Below are positions 47,501 through 61,300 of a stretch of 64,000 nt of DNA, piece after piece. The position numbers and the translations under genes were made by a program. The DNA is taken from positions 744,001 through 808,000 of the forward strand of contig SMSO01000036.1 of assembly GCA_004764695.1 (NCBI GenBank). The letters run 5' to 3'. This DNA is from Schizochytrium sp. TIO01. Taxonomy: Eukaryota; Protista; Bigyra: Labyrinthulomycetes. The notes below the pieces were generated by a model. The model worked only from the letters and a program-made list of their open reading frames with translations. It ran no database searches and was not told where the DNA came from. How positions within the stretch are numbered: position 1 is the stretch's first letter; each line of letters starts with the position of its first letter.

Positions 47501-47741
47501 AACTTCGATGTTTATTCGCAGCATTGCAGTATTCATCAATGACTTTTCGACCACAGCACTAATATTTTGTCCAAAGATATATTTCAGCATTTTTGGACCA
47601 CCTGAGTCTTCCAGTGCTGGAGCTGCGGCTTTAACAAAGGTTAAGCCAGGCTATTCAGGCACGAAGTCTGCTGGTGTTACGACTGGTGCAGAGTCTATTG
47701 CGTCATCAGTGAAGACAAATCATGGAAGCGTTCATTCATGA
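44579..47741 (+). CDS. Class C-like (7tm_3) GPCR, copy A: signal peptide + 4 Cache-like repeats + EGF-like + 7TM; 1-nt frameshift at 44663-44665
   Basis: ATG 44579 gives signal peptide MKTLKSKSIFVFVSIFTILCQYAVVDGRP, with one extra C relative to copy B. 7TM carries GABA-B-like motifs RRNHIIVKASQP, CMAQPWFYGVGFAITYCSMIVKLERV, FAETKYL, IFCPKIY. Confidence 0.85.
44645..47608 (+). repeat. Near-identical duplicate segment (partner 52908..55870)
   Basis: Line-by-line near identity at an offset of ~8263 nt; flanks unrelated. Confidence 0.95.
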
Positions 47742-47949
47742 GATATGTATCAGATGAAGCTAGAATTGATAAGTTAGTCTAGGGCTTTCATGATGTCAAG
47801 GAATGGCAGGAGGGACTTGAATTTTCTGCACGCAGTAAATCCTAATTATAGTTAAGGTGTGTTTCTAAACTCTTGGGTTGCTAAGACACAATTCATTCTA
47901 TTTTTATCTTGTATTTCCACTTACTTATTTTTTGTTATTTAGAATTGCA

Positions 47950-50300
47950 ACGTATCCTGAAACACTACTGCGGAGCTTGCCATTCTTTTTGTTGAACGAT
48001 GCATCACTGTAGTTCAAGAGCTTTCACCGACTTTGCACCTTTAAAGGTAAGTGGAGGTGTATTTGTGTACTGTACATAACGGAATGCATGTCGAAGTAAA
48101 TTCATATGCTCTTTACCATTTCTTTGTCCATGACTTTCTAACTGGTGCAGCGTGTAAGCCATTTCAGGACGAGGTTGGTGCAGATACATAAGTGTTCCTA
48201 CAAGAGAACCATAAGCCTCATTCACGGAGTCTTCAGGATATACGCTTAACTCTTAAAGAATGACAGGAATTTTGACGGGATTACATAGATTCATCTTATA
48301 GCGTCTAAGAGCCATTTTAGTATTCCTCTTGACTGATAGTACAAACCTTTCGTAATTTCATGTTTACACGTGTATCAGTTATAACGACAGTCTGTTCTCG
48401 GTTCACGTTAATGCCTAGATTTGCCTGTAGTTTCTCAAAGTGCTCCAAAGGTTCGCATGTAGTCGACATGAATAGTCATGAGTAAGTTCTCACCTATAAA
48501 GAGTGATGCATCAGTCATAGATTGTTTCAGTCTATACTTTTCTATAACAGCAGTCAGATAATCTACGCATCGGCGAGATGCACTTTTAAGACTATAGGGA
48601 CTCTTGCAAAGTCTAAAGCTCATCGATAATGCGAATGTATTAATACTTATCCTCTGGTATGTGCGCTTCCAGTAATGCAGCTGTCACATCAAATAGGCTC
48701 TTGTAAACGCAATGTTTATTGCTACACAAATGCTTACTATATTAACAGTTGGCGAGTAAAGATCGTATATATTTGCTACTTTCTCGTCATAGCTTGCAAC
48801 AGCAACTCTAGCTGTTTATACACTCGATGTTGATGGCTTCTTTGTAGATACCCATCTTGTTCCTATAGGAGAGAAACCTTCTGATACTGTGTCCAGATGT
48901 ACAACTTCCAGAACTCCGGCACGCACAAGATTCCTACAATTTCCCTTTATTGCTTGAACCCGTAGTAATTACATGAACGTGGTCTCATTGCCTTGTACGC
49001 TGTCGATATTGTTTCACTTTAGAGATCCGGATTTGGTGAGTCTTTCTTCTTTCTCTCAAAGTGTCTATCTTTACAGTAGAAATATGATCCTGAGAGATGA
49101 ATCTGGTCAGCTAGAGGCTAACTATGAAGATGGAGGCGAGAGGCGAGAGGCGAGATTAAGGCTCTGAGAGGATTTTAGAAGGCATGGCAATCTGTGAATG
49201 ATCCGTTAGAGATAAGCTGTCCTTGAAATTAGACTGCTTTATGTTTTAACTAGGATTCTAGAAATACTTGAACTGTGTAAAACACAGTGGATGGGGTTAG
49301 GTTAACTTCTCTCTTTAACCATCCATTTAGATTCCACCATTGATTCTAGGGAAAGGGTATAAATACTTTAGGTTCTTGACTTCTAAGCCAGGTAGGTCTG
49401 GTTGTCTAGTTTATTCTATTCTAAGCCTATCTTCATAGGTTCTTACAAAAGGGCGCCTAGAACTCTAGCAATGTCTTGTCAATTAGTTCCTTTGATTGGA
49501 GATCTCGGCATACGAGTTACTCCTCAAGAAAAATCTTTTCTTTCTATTTTAACACATGTTTGACCGATTTCAAGTCTACCTAATTCTTGCCCCCCCAATT
49601 TGGGATCGTTTTGAAAGTTGAACATAGTATCAGTCTTAACTAGCATCGCCTGTTGCACTGTAGTCAACATTTAGAGGGGCGACTTGTTCACGGGTCTTTT
49701 GGGATCTACACCAGTAATCTCGAGAATATTGAGAACTACCGGCCATATCTAGAGTTCAATCACTGTCAGAGTCACTTTGTGAGTCATCGTGACTGTCCAG
49801 TTGAATTACTGTGGTCTTTTCTGTAGGAATTTGTTTATTTTGTCACCGAGAGCATATGTGTCTCCTTTGTCATGACTTCACCGAAAGCGTCTTTGTCTTT
49901 ACTTCAGCAGTCCTTTCTACAACAAAAGTGTCTCTGTATTTCCTTGTAGTATCTGTACCAAATTACTTTCTTATACCTAGTTGATAAACTACATATTTCA
50001 CATTCCTTAGAATCACATATGGCGGAATCTGAATTGATGGTGAAAATGACACCTTGAACTAGCTTCATCTTTTGTGACTAAATGTGTATACACGCTTTTA
50101 GTACTTGACTTCTCAACCTTGCAAGACTATTCTATTGAAAGCCTTATATACACGAGTCTTACAAAACAATAACTAGAAGTCTAGCAATGTCTTGTCAACT
50201 AGTCCCTTCGATTGAATATTTCAGCGCAAGGCTTAGAGGATATGAGTCATCATTGCTATATAGCTTTAACATGCAGATCGCACCAATATGATTATGCGTC
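47950..50300 (-). mobile_element. Decayed Ty1/copia LTR-retrotransposon pol (integrase remnants, then RT); no LTRs recognised
   Basis: PIGTRWVSTKK..TARVAV (cf. PIGCKWVFK..KARLVA); DVTAALL (DVKTAFL); LCKSPYSLKSASR (LKKSLYGLKQAPR); QSMTDASLF..IHVDYM (YVDD); YGSLVGTLMYLHQPRPEMAY..H..LRHAFRYVQYT. Integrase-like N..AEI.N pieces lie upstream, in copia order. Many stops and frameshifts. Confidence 0.85.
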
Positions 50301-52838
50301 TGTTTTCAGGAAAATAAGTTAGCTTGCAAAGTAATGTAACAGCAGATTCAAATCGACCCAAAGCAGCCTAGTTTAAAACCATCTAAACATGGGCATCTAT
50401 TCAATAGCCTTTAAGCAATCAGAATCAAGTTTCTTTACTCATAATCATAGCTGGCATACCTTTTCCACAATATAGAGTGAGGTCCTAGCTATCTATAACA
50501 AAAATAATCTTACAAACAATTCAAACACCATATTGATCGTATATCCATATTTTGTTAGACAATTGCTCCAAACCGTACATAGCACCTAGTGTCGTGCACT
50601 TTAGTATTGTGTTTCTCACGCTTACCCAGTTGCATCAGATCAGTGTTATACCTAATATGCCTACCAGCCTTCCAGATATGGATTTCTTTAAAGAATGGAT
50701 CATTTGAGTATAGTCAAACATTTCCAACGGCCATTATAAAAAAAAATAAAAAAAAATCTTAATTTATTTTATTTTATTCATAATCAAATATAGATATTGT
50801 AATAGTAATAATAATTCGATTGGATGACTATCATTTTGCTCATTGAATCAGCTTACTTCTTTTACTTTAGTGTTTTATTATGCATTATTATTCATATTAA
50901 TATTCTCTACATTATTAACCATATTATATATTTATTTAAATAAATAAAAGCCTATGTAGTAGTACTGCCTACTACGTATTCATTTGTACATGTAATATAT
51001 ATACACGAGAGAGATAGGGCACCTAGCCCTAAAATGATACGATGAACTCCAAAAAGATCTCTGTTTCCTTCTGCCAATTGTTATGAATGTTTATCTATTA
51101 TCTTACTTGACGGTACAAGCTGTTTTAGATTCTCGCGGTTTTGTCACGAAACTTAGAAATAAAAATATTCTATTGAACATGATTCGAAGCAGGAACAGAA
51201 AAATGCATCAAGATACCAACCTGTAAGTACATGTTTCTTTTGTGTACATGATTTCTTCAAAACATAATGCCAAGTATCGCCTCTCCGTATAGCTAAGCTA
51301 TCTCCAGATCGAGCAAGAACATTAAAGTTTAAGCGGAGGTACGTTAAAGGCCGTCTAGAAGGAAATTCACTAAATTCTTTCACCCTCATCAACCCGTTTT
51401 GCGTACTGGTGTATTTCGAAACTCAATCGCACGATTTCATGCCACAGAAGAGTCTGCTTCACTTCAACTTGTATTCGTTACTTCCCACTCTGTCGTAAAT
51501 AAAATTAGATACAAGCAGAACACAGTAACAAGCAAATCTTTTATGAAAACCTACTCTGAAGAGCCCTCACCTCAGCAATGCTGTCTTCCAATATTACTCT
51601 AACTAGAGAACTTAAGTTTTGCTTATGTTTAGCTTTAGCGACTCAGAATGTGAAATACTCTTCTGGAAGATTTTCAACACTAGATACTGTGCTAGCTTCA
51701 AGATTTTAGTCAAATTCACTTTTTTTAAAAACAAGGAGGATGCCAATGTACCTCATTTCTTACAACGTATCGACCCAAAGAAAAACGAATATGTCTAGAT
51801 ATGATATGGGTCAGGTTAAATGGGAGTGGCACGTCAATTCTCGGAATGGGTAACTGCTCGCATGGCAGATCCAAAATACTCTATACGGAAGCTCGCACAG
51901 AAACAACAACGAAAATCAAAGGAGCTTTGCAAAGTCTACATACAACAGCAAATCTAAGTTTCGTTGGTTGAATTGCTGACATAAGCAGCAACTTCAGCAT
52001 ATGCATGTAGGTTCCAATTTGTTACAGTCGCCATCATTCTATCATTCTGAATTGTAGATTTATCTTTACCACGACTTAGAAGATGGAGTGACTCAATTTA
52101 AGGTTTGTAAACTCGAATACTCTTTAGTTAAAGCTTTCTGGTTTACCCGAACTGCCAGACAAACAATACACGTCTGGGTACCTACCAGTGGCATAGGTAG
52201 GGAGGTAGTGAGGTAGTGAGGTTAGGAAGTTAGAACTTTTCATTTTAGAGGAAGATGTAGTATTTTACACTTTTTCTTAACTAAACTTTTGTACCTCGGA
52301 AGCCTGAACTAAAATAATGCGATTCAAAAATAAAGGTGGAACAGTAGACAGAACAGTTCAAAACCAAACACCATGAAACGGAGAGCGCGTATTACGGATT
52401 GCAAGATGGAAATCCGTTTCCGCTGGATATGTTCGTAGATTATGTATAGATGTAGTCTAAAGTTCATTACTACATATTTTGAAACTGCCTTATTGTTTTT
52501 ATTTATTGACTTCCTATAAACACAATTAAAAAAAATACATTATAATTAGAGTGCCGAAACAGAAACATAGCAGAACGACAGAACGACACCAACTGACTTC
52601 TAGATACTGCTGGCTTCCTTTCATAGAATTACTAAAACTTAAACGATATCCTTTTAAAATTTGCGCAAACGCTAAAAAACTCTTGTAGAGAGAATATAGT
52701 TGCTTTGACATATGAGATTTGAAAATTAAATTAATCCTTCAAAAAAAATAGCAAACCTGCAACGCTTCAAAGCTTTATGCTCCTATATATTATACAACAA
52801 TCGCAATATATTATATGCATAAGGTTAATAGCACGAAA

Positions 52839-55800
52839 ATGTGTAAATATGACATCATTACAAAGCTACCAGTGCTTCTCTTTTTTAGTTTTATCTCTAA
52901 TCAACTAGCAGTAGTAGATGGTCGGCCAACGAGATTCATCGACAATGGAACTTCGCTCATGTTCCCAGGTTGTTCGGCGAATTACAACGCACCTTGCTCA
53001 TTCAATATCGCCTATAGACTTGTTGAAACTATTGTTGAAGATTTTCCAAACTATGGAAACGATTCACAGCTGCTTGACGAAGTCAATAACGGTGCATACA
53101 ATCCTCACGATACACGAAGCTTTGCACCATTTGTTTTCAATGCCTCAAATATGCAATGCATCGCAAACGGCCGTAACACCACCTTCATTGGTCTTACCCT
53201 TGAAGAAATTGCCGATGCACTCGATGTTCCTATTGTTCAGACCAACTTATCAGCCAGACTATACAGTGCTTCAGACTCTGATCACGACGGTTGGGTCACA
53301 TTTTCTTTCACGTCTGAGGACTATCCTGATGACCCGGTTACACACTTGGGATACGTAAATCAAGTGAACAGCACAGACAACAACGAAATATATGTCATAC
53401 TTGCTATGTTTGCACAACGAACCTCTACTCGAGTTGAGTCTGACTCTTGTCCCACCACAGTAAATCGAAGATGCAGCATTGAGAACGCAATCTCTCTTGT
53501 AGGAAACATGCTAGCACGCGCAATGATGACAGAAACTCCCAAGCAACTCGTTAACCTGTGGCAAGAGTCATCTTTCCCTTTAGACACATATCTTAGAGAA
53601 GGAAGCTGGTACATTTTCGGAACTGGTTTCGGGGAAAATTTCCCTCATTACTTCTTCACACATATTAGAACAGATTGGATTGGGAAAACCCTGTACGAGA
53701 TTTCAGAACTTTTCGTCAGTCCTAGCATTCAAAATGGAACTCTGATTCCATGAACAATTTGTCGCTGCTGCTCTTCAAGGTGGTGCATGGGTCGATTACT
53801 CCTGGACTACGAGCACTGTAGCTGCAATTGGGCACAAAGTGAGCTACGTAGCAGGTGCAAAACTCTTTGGAAACCATTATTACTTCGGAGTTGGTTTCGA
53901 TCATAAGCGAGATGCTGCTGTTAGCTCAGCACTTTGTCAAACATGCTCTACAAATTATAGTGAACCTTGCTCCATTGGAAATGCCCTAGCTATCAGTGCA
54001 CACGCCGAAGTTGAGCTCCTTGCAAATAATGCAATCAACAAAACCTTTTATGACCTAAGCACAAGTGAAGAGTTCTACGCAGCTGGCGGATTCGGAGTTC
54101 TTATCGTCGATTACGACAACATGACCGTGATGGCTGATAGTCTTGATAGCTCTCTTCGAGGGTCAAATGTCGAAGCTGCGTTTCTTGCGAGACACATTAC
54201 CCAAACTGACACAAGTCATAACACGCTGATCGAAATGGCTGATGGGGGTGGTGGCTGGGCACGACTACCCAGCGAAGATGGCTTTGGAGATTTTGTTGCA
54301 ATGGTGAGTCGTGTCAGTGAATATGACCATGACTATTATATTATGACCGGATATATTGATGCGATTGCTCCAACGGAGACCGAGTGTTCTGCAGAGTTTG
54401 ATGCAGGATGCTCTGCAAGTAGTGCGCGGGCCCTAGTAGGACACCTTGTGACTGCCATCAACACTTGCGAGTCGGATGAAGAACTTGATGCAATCTTCTC
54501 TAACGTTAACAGAGGCCCAACATCAAACTATACTGTTAGCCCGAACTTCTATGCGATTGTGCTTGATGATGACTATTACATGCGGGCCGTAGGCGATCCT
54601 GACTTGCGTGGCTCCTGGAACATATCGACAGAGGTTAGCTTCCTGACGTACATGCGCGAAGAGCACAGTATTACATCTTTGGGTGAGGACTTTCTGTCTG
54701 ACTTGCAAACAACTTCCTTTGAGCAAGGTGGAGGTTTTATCAGTGTTGAATGGAATGAAGCTGGTGGAACGTCCAAGAATGTCACCTTCTTCAGTCTTGT
54801 AGCTCAGCACTATGATGATTATGGTGAGCGCAAGAATTTCTTCGTAGCTAGTATCTTCACAAATGCTGATGCGCCGACCTTATGCTCAGATGGTTGTCCT
54901 GAGAGCTCGTATTGCGTTGACGACGATGATAGTCTGCCGAGGCGCTGTGCATGCGGCTTTTACTATGTTGCAGAGTACGAGGAGGAGAATTCAACTTGCG
55001 CAACGACACCGACTACAGATGTTACCATGAGCTGTACAATGGATCCTGACAAATCCAGCGTGAAAAGTGTTAAGGCGATTGCTCGCGCTTTAGGAATCAT
55101 AAACTGCCTTTTTGCTCTGTTTTGTATCTCGTGGACTGTTCTGAGGCGTAATCATATCATTGTCAAAGCATCACAGCCTATGCTACTGATATTGGTAGGA
55201 CTTGGTACAATCGTATCCTCAATGACAATCTTCGTAATGACGATTGATGACTTTGTGGGCCGCCGGCAGGCGATGGAGACAATACCCGAGCCAACCTTGC
55301 TTGTATGGCTCAGCCATGGTTTTATGGAGTCGGGTTTGCAATTACGTACTGCAGTATGATTGTTAAACTGGAGAGGGTGTCGAAGATTTTCCGAAATGCT
55401 GCACTCATGAAAAAGACTCGAGGGGTGTCCATGAGAGCAACGGTAGCCTCGTTGGTCGGACTCTTATCAATTGAAGTGCTTGTACTTTTGCTTTGGACCT
55501 TTATCGATCCCCTGTATTTCGGACGTCCTGATGATAACCCATTGAATGGTGCGTGTAAGAGTCCTGCTTCTCAGGCATTCGTGATTGTTCTTGCAATGTA
55601 CCATTTGATGTTATTGCTTCATGGCGCACGTTTAAGCTATCGATGCCGTAAGGTGAATGGTGTATTTGCTGAGACCAAGTATCTGAGCTTAGCAATGATT
55701 GGTAACCTTCAGGTATTGTTATTAGCATTACCTGTGATTGTTTTGACAGCTGACGATACAGCAACTTCGATGTTTATTCGCAGCATTGCAGTATTCATCA

Positions 55801-55994
55801 ATGACTTTTCGACCACAGCATTAATATTTTGTCCAAAGATATATTTCAGCATTTTTGGACCCCCTGAGTCGTCTGGAGCCGGGACCTCGGCACTTGTAAA
55901 AACTAAAGGCTCTAATAATAAATCAGGAGGAAACAGTAAGGTTGAATCGATAGTCTCAACTGTTCGAACTGAAAAATCAAGTTTTAATTACTAG
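52839..55994 (+). CDS. Class C-like Cache-repeat GPCR, copy B; two 1-nt frameshifts (53746-53749 and 55257-55259), either a pseudogene or an assembly error
   Basis: Three ORF pieces (52815..53753, 53839..55359, 55305..55994) tile copy A. Signal peptide MCKYDIITKLPVLLFFSFISNQLAVVDG. Confidence 0.85.
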
Positions 55995-58376
55995 TGCTTT
56001 TTGCTTGGTTCTGTTCTAGAGACCAACAACTAGTTTTCGTAGAGATTTTGTTATTTGGTAAGTATATATAAATATATATGTTTCTAAACTTCAACTTCTG
56101 ATAGTGGCATTCTTTTTTTCATACCCTAAGTAGTTAGTGGGAATTCATCAATGCTTTTAATTGGGGTAGCATTCGAAGGCAAGACACGGACCTGAAGCCC
56201 CTATGAATCAATGACTTCAGGCAGGTTTTCCTGAGAACCATGGATATTTTATGTACCAACCACGCGATTTGGATGTCGATTGGTCGATTAGGCAAAGTTT
56301 TGTCAATAAGTTCTCAGAATCAACAATTTTAAAATGTTAGGAATTTTTTAAAAAGCGGGATGACAAAACTATCATTACTCGCAGCTCAAGAAAAGTGGCA
56401 TAGTACTCTCCAAGATTGCTGAAGCTTTTGTTAATTCATTCATTTTTGCATCCTTTGATATTTGGTTCTAGCAAGCACCTGAAAATAGGCAACCTGATGA
56501 TGCTACCGGTACACACTGTTTGCAAGGATAATACCGTTGGATTTTTTTACTCTTGGGACGCTGTGAGGCACTTCAGTTGGCTTTTAGTAAAAGTAAGATT
56601 CTGTTGTGAGCTTTATGGAGCATCAGTTATGACCGGAGCGACCTCTTTTTCGGATCCGTCTTTAAACGAATAAGTTCTAACTCCACCATAAGTTCAAAAT
56701 AAATTTATTGACTAGCAATCAGAGGGATAAATTAGAGCACCCACATAACCTATTCCACAAGCTGAAGTAGTTTTTTTCCCGGCTGAAAGGACTGGTGAAC
56801 GATACGAGAAGAGCTTTAGGCCCACTCTCGACATCCAGGACAATCGGAGGCGGAGGGGTTTTCTTTTGAACTTCTTCCAACAATGCTGTTTTCATTTTGC
56901 CATGATGTTCAGATTTCGGGAAAATGCCAACACATCTGACTTGTTGGTAGGAGTAATTTGAAACTAGTTTCATTTCAAGATCTCTTTCTGCGAAAACGTA
57001 TTTCAGACTGCAGTAGCTTCAATAATTGCACCTGATCTCGTTTGTCAAGGGAAAACCTTCGTACGTGCTCACCAGTGACCACACTGCAGACAAAGTACCG
57101 AATCTTAAAAACATAACATTCACTATCTTGTTTTATTATTATTTTAAATAGAAAATAAATATATATATTGTTACGATGAGGCTTTTTGGACTATTGATAT
57201 TAATACAGGTAGCTTGATTTGATTACTGGTAAACGTAGGTACTTAGTTCGTTTTTTTTTAGATTAGCTGGTTCGGTCGCCGATTATCTGTGATCTTCAGT
57301 TGGTGCCTAGCAAGGTAGTTTTCTTCCATCGGCGGAGCACTGGCGTTTGCGTGGCGCTTACCGGTGGAGGAAGAAAAAGAAGAAGGAATACTTTTTGAAA
57401 AGAGGAGTTGTAGGCTAGCTTGCGTACACATTAAAAAAAATAAAAATATTGCCACATCTTAATACCTCCATGAAATACCTATCCGTAACAAAAGATCAAC
57501 GCTGTCTCCTCTGTACCCCACGTAAACGAAACTGTGCAAATGGAAGAGCTGATATATGCCAACGATATTTCATCAGCACATAATTACTATACCGTATGTT
57601 AGACTCAAAGCGATTTGGTCTTGTTTTTATGCGGAAACCAAGCGTCAGATGTGATTGGTTTTAAAGACGATGACCGAAAGCTGTCTTGTTTTGCGCTTCT
57701 ACACTCCGTTGTTCAGATGTATACTATGAGATCTACTTACCTGTTATAATCCTTTACAGAAATTTGAGAAATCCCTCTAGGCTAAGCCCAGTACAACGGA
57801 AAGATGCAAGCATGTTTCGAAAAGCTGATTGGTCCTTACAAGATACCTGGTAGGGACGCTTATTCGATAACTTTACTTAGATTCACGGATTACCGGGTCA
57901 TATTTGTTCGTTTATGTATACCTCGAGTGATTGTGTGTCCATGACAGCAGTTTTTGTTTTGCAACCTAACCTTATAGCTAAATGAACTTTAAACACAATG
58001 GTAGACATTTTCTCCACAGTCAGCCTGGGCCGTGGGGATGTGTTGATATGGTGGCCATGGTATAACACCCTTTAGTGAGAACAGAAAGAAACCGAAGTAT
58101 AACGTGAGGAAAGCTACAAGGGTTAAGAGCTATTTTACGGCTTTGTTCCAAGAGGAGTTAGTACTTCACAATCTACGCAAGAATTATATGCGTCTTATGA
58201 CTACAACGAGCATTTTCTTTCTAAATCATATCCGAAAAATAATAATAATTAAAAAAAAATGCAAAGCAACAAACTGTCTAAGCTTGAACCAGTACCAAAC
58301 CCTCAACAGCAAAAAATCGACTTTTTAAATCTATCCTGAGAGCTGGGGTAGTTTTGATTAAACTGAGTCGACAGAA

Positions 58377-61300
58377 ATGGTTCATAGAGATAGACGCTGT
58401 TCGACCCACTACATGCTTATTGCGTTGCTTGCGTTCTGCTCCTGTATTTCACAAGCGCATGCAACAAGACAAGAGCGATTTATCGACCCGGGACTCACTT
58501 ACTCAATTCCTGGATGCTCTGCTAATTATAATGCACCTTGCTCATTCAATCTTGTAAATCGCCTCGTGAAAGAAATTGCAAAAGACATTCTTAATGTAAA
58601 TAATGACACTAAGGTTTTAGAGAAAGTTAATTCTGAAGGGTATGACCCAGTTGAAACAAGCCACTTTCATCCCTACGTTTTCGATGCAGCTACCATGGAA
58701 TGTGTTGCAAGTGCTCGCAATGCTAGCTTTATTGGAAAAACCATAGAAGAAATTGCGTTGGAAGTGAATGTGCCGATCAAACAAGAACACTTGTCTGAAG
58801 AGTTCTATAATGCATCTTTACCAAGTCACCATGGATGGCTTCAATTCATCTTCCTTTCTGAAGAGTTTGAAGATGACCCGGTGACCCATTTAGCCTATCT
58901 GATGCAGGCTCAATCAAGCAGTGGGAAATCATACGTCATCATGTCCTGCTTTGCTCAGAGAACTGCTACCCGTGTTGAGTCAGAGTCATGTCCATATTCA
59001 GTGAATCGGCGCTGTAGCCTTGAGAATGCTCTTTCTTTAGTGGGTAACATGATATATAGGGCAATTACTGTAGAATCAACTGCACAGCTTCGGATATTAT
59101 GGGAAGATGCTACATTCCCTCAGGATGCATACCTTCGGGAAGGGAACTTTTACAACTTTATGTTCGGTTTTGGAAATTCCACACCTCATTACTCTTACGC
59201 TCACATTCGCGATGATTGGATTGGGCTCTCAATTGATGAAATATCTCAGCTCTTTGTCAGTACAGATATTCAGAATGGTACACTTATTCATGAAAACTTC
59301 GCAAACGGAGCCAAGTCAGGAGGAGCATGGGTGGATTATACCTGGACTACCTCAGATGCAGAAAATATCGCATACAAGGTGAGCTATGTAGCAGGACTTA
59401 ATCTTTTCGGTAGCACTTACTATGTTGGTGCAGGTTTCAATCATGAACGTGACGATGAAGTGCATAGTGCGCTGTGCGAAACATGTTCAGCAAATTATAG
59501 CGAGCCATGCTCGATCGGAAACGCACTATCTCTTAGTGCACATGCAGAAGTTGAGCTTCTAGCAAATGGAGCAAACGCAGAGACATTTCAGCATATAAAT
59601 AGTGACGATATCTTCACTATAAACGGAGGTTTCGGTGTTCTAATCGTGGATTATCAAAACGGAACAGTAATGTCCGACAGTGCGCACAATTCAACTATCG
59701 GCCAAGATGTTGGATTTGCATTCTCACGACGCCACATTACAAACCGCAACATCAGCCATGCTCTTCTAAAAAGTAAAGCCAGCAGCGGCAGCGGATGGAT
59801 TAGGCTTCCAACAGAACCTGGCTACGGAGATTACATTGCGATGGTGAGTAGGTTGAGTGAAGATAATGAAGACTACTACGTAATGACAGGTTATCTTGCA
59901 ACAAGGGCCCCTACAGTCGAAATTTGTTCCGCGATGTACTCAGGTAGCTGCTCTGCTGTGAATACCCGCGCACTTGTTGGAGAAGTAGTCACTGCGTTGC
60001 AGACATGTTCATCCGATGCAGAATTTCAAAAAGTTTTAGATGAAATCAATATGGGTGTCAACTCCAGCTTCACTGTCCAACCAAATTTCTATGCTCATGT
60101 ACTTGATGAAGACTTTAATTTGATTGCATTTGGTGACTCTTCACTTTGGAAGGGGTGGAGTTCGGAATCTCCAGAAAGCTTCCTCACCTATGTACGAGAG
60201 GCGCATAGTGTAACTTCAGTCGGAGAAGACTTTCTACAAGACATGAAGGCATCTGCTTTCGAGCAAGGTGGTGGCTTTGTAACAGTTGAATGGGTGGAAG
60301 CGGGTTCGGGCGCATCAAATGTTACATTCTTCAGTCTTATTGCCCAGCATACAAATGATTATGGTGTAAGAAAAAACTATTACGTCTCAAGCTGGTACTT
60401 CAATGCAGATCCCCCAACGCTATGTTCTGATGGCTGCCAAGAAAACTCTTACTGTGTGAGTGACGGGAATGATGGCCTCCCTGGCCATTGTGAGTGTGGT
60501 TTTTATTATGTTGAGCAAAGCAACGACTCTGGGGAAGACACTTGCAGTGAGACGACTACGAGTAATCCATTTATGACGTGCGCATACGATCCAGACAAGG
60601 AAACAACAAGTAAAGTCAAAACAATTGCTCGTGCTCTTGGTGCAATTAACTGTATTTTTGCGCTTGGTTGTATAGTTTGGACTATTTATATGAGGAATTA
60701 TACGATAGTCAAAGCCTCGCAGCCATTGTTGCTGGTTCTTGTTGGAGTTGGCACAATTGTCTCTTCAATGACTATTTTTGCAATGACTATTGATGATATT
60801 GTGGGTCCACCAGCAGGTGATGGCGACAATAATCGAGCGAATGGAGCTTGTATCGCACAAACCTGGTTCTATGGCATTGGCTTTGCTATTACATATTGTA
60901 GCATGATTGTAAAGCTTCGCAGAGTAGGCAAGATATTTCAACATGCAGCACAGATGAAGAAAGCACGAGGAGTTTCAATGGGTTCTACATTTGCTTCACT
61001 CCTTGCACTGCTATCTGTTGAAGTAATAGTTCTCATTGTGTGGACATCAACAGACACTTTGCGCTTTGTCCGCCCTGAAGATAGTCCACTCAATGGGGCT
61101 TGTGAAAGTTCAAATGCTAGAGCTTTTGTTATCATCCTCGCGCTATACCATCTTCTACTTCTCTTGTATGGAGCACGATTGAGTTATCGTTGTAGAAAAG
61201 TTAATGGTGTGTTCGCAGAAACCAAGTATCTCAGCTTAGCAATGATTGGAAATCTGCAGGTGCTTCTGCTAGCTTTGCCAGTGATTGTTTTGACTGCTGA

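Noticed and set aside
57270-57365. GC-rich island giving VLRRWK on the minus strand (IS607 HTH-like)
   Set aside because: Too short, with no accompanying YARVS motif.
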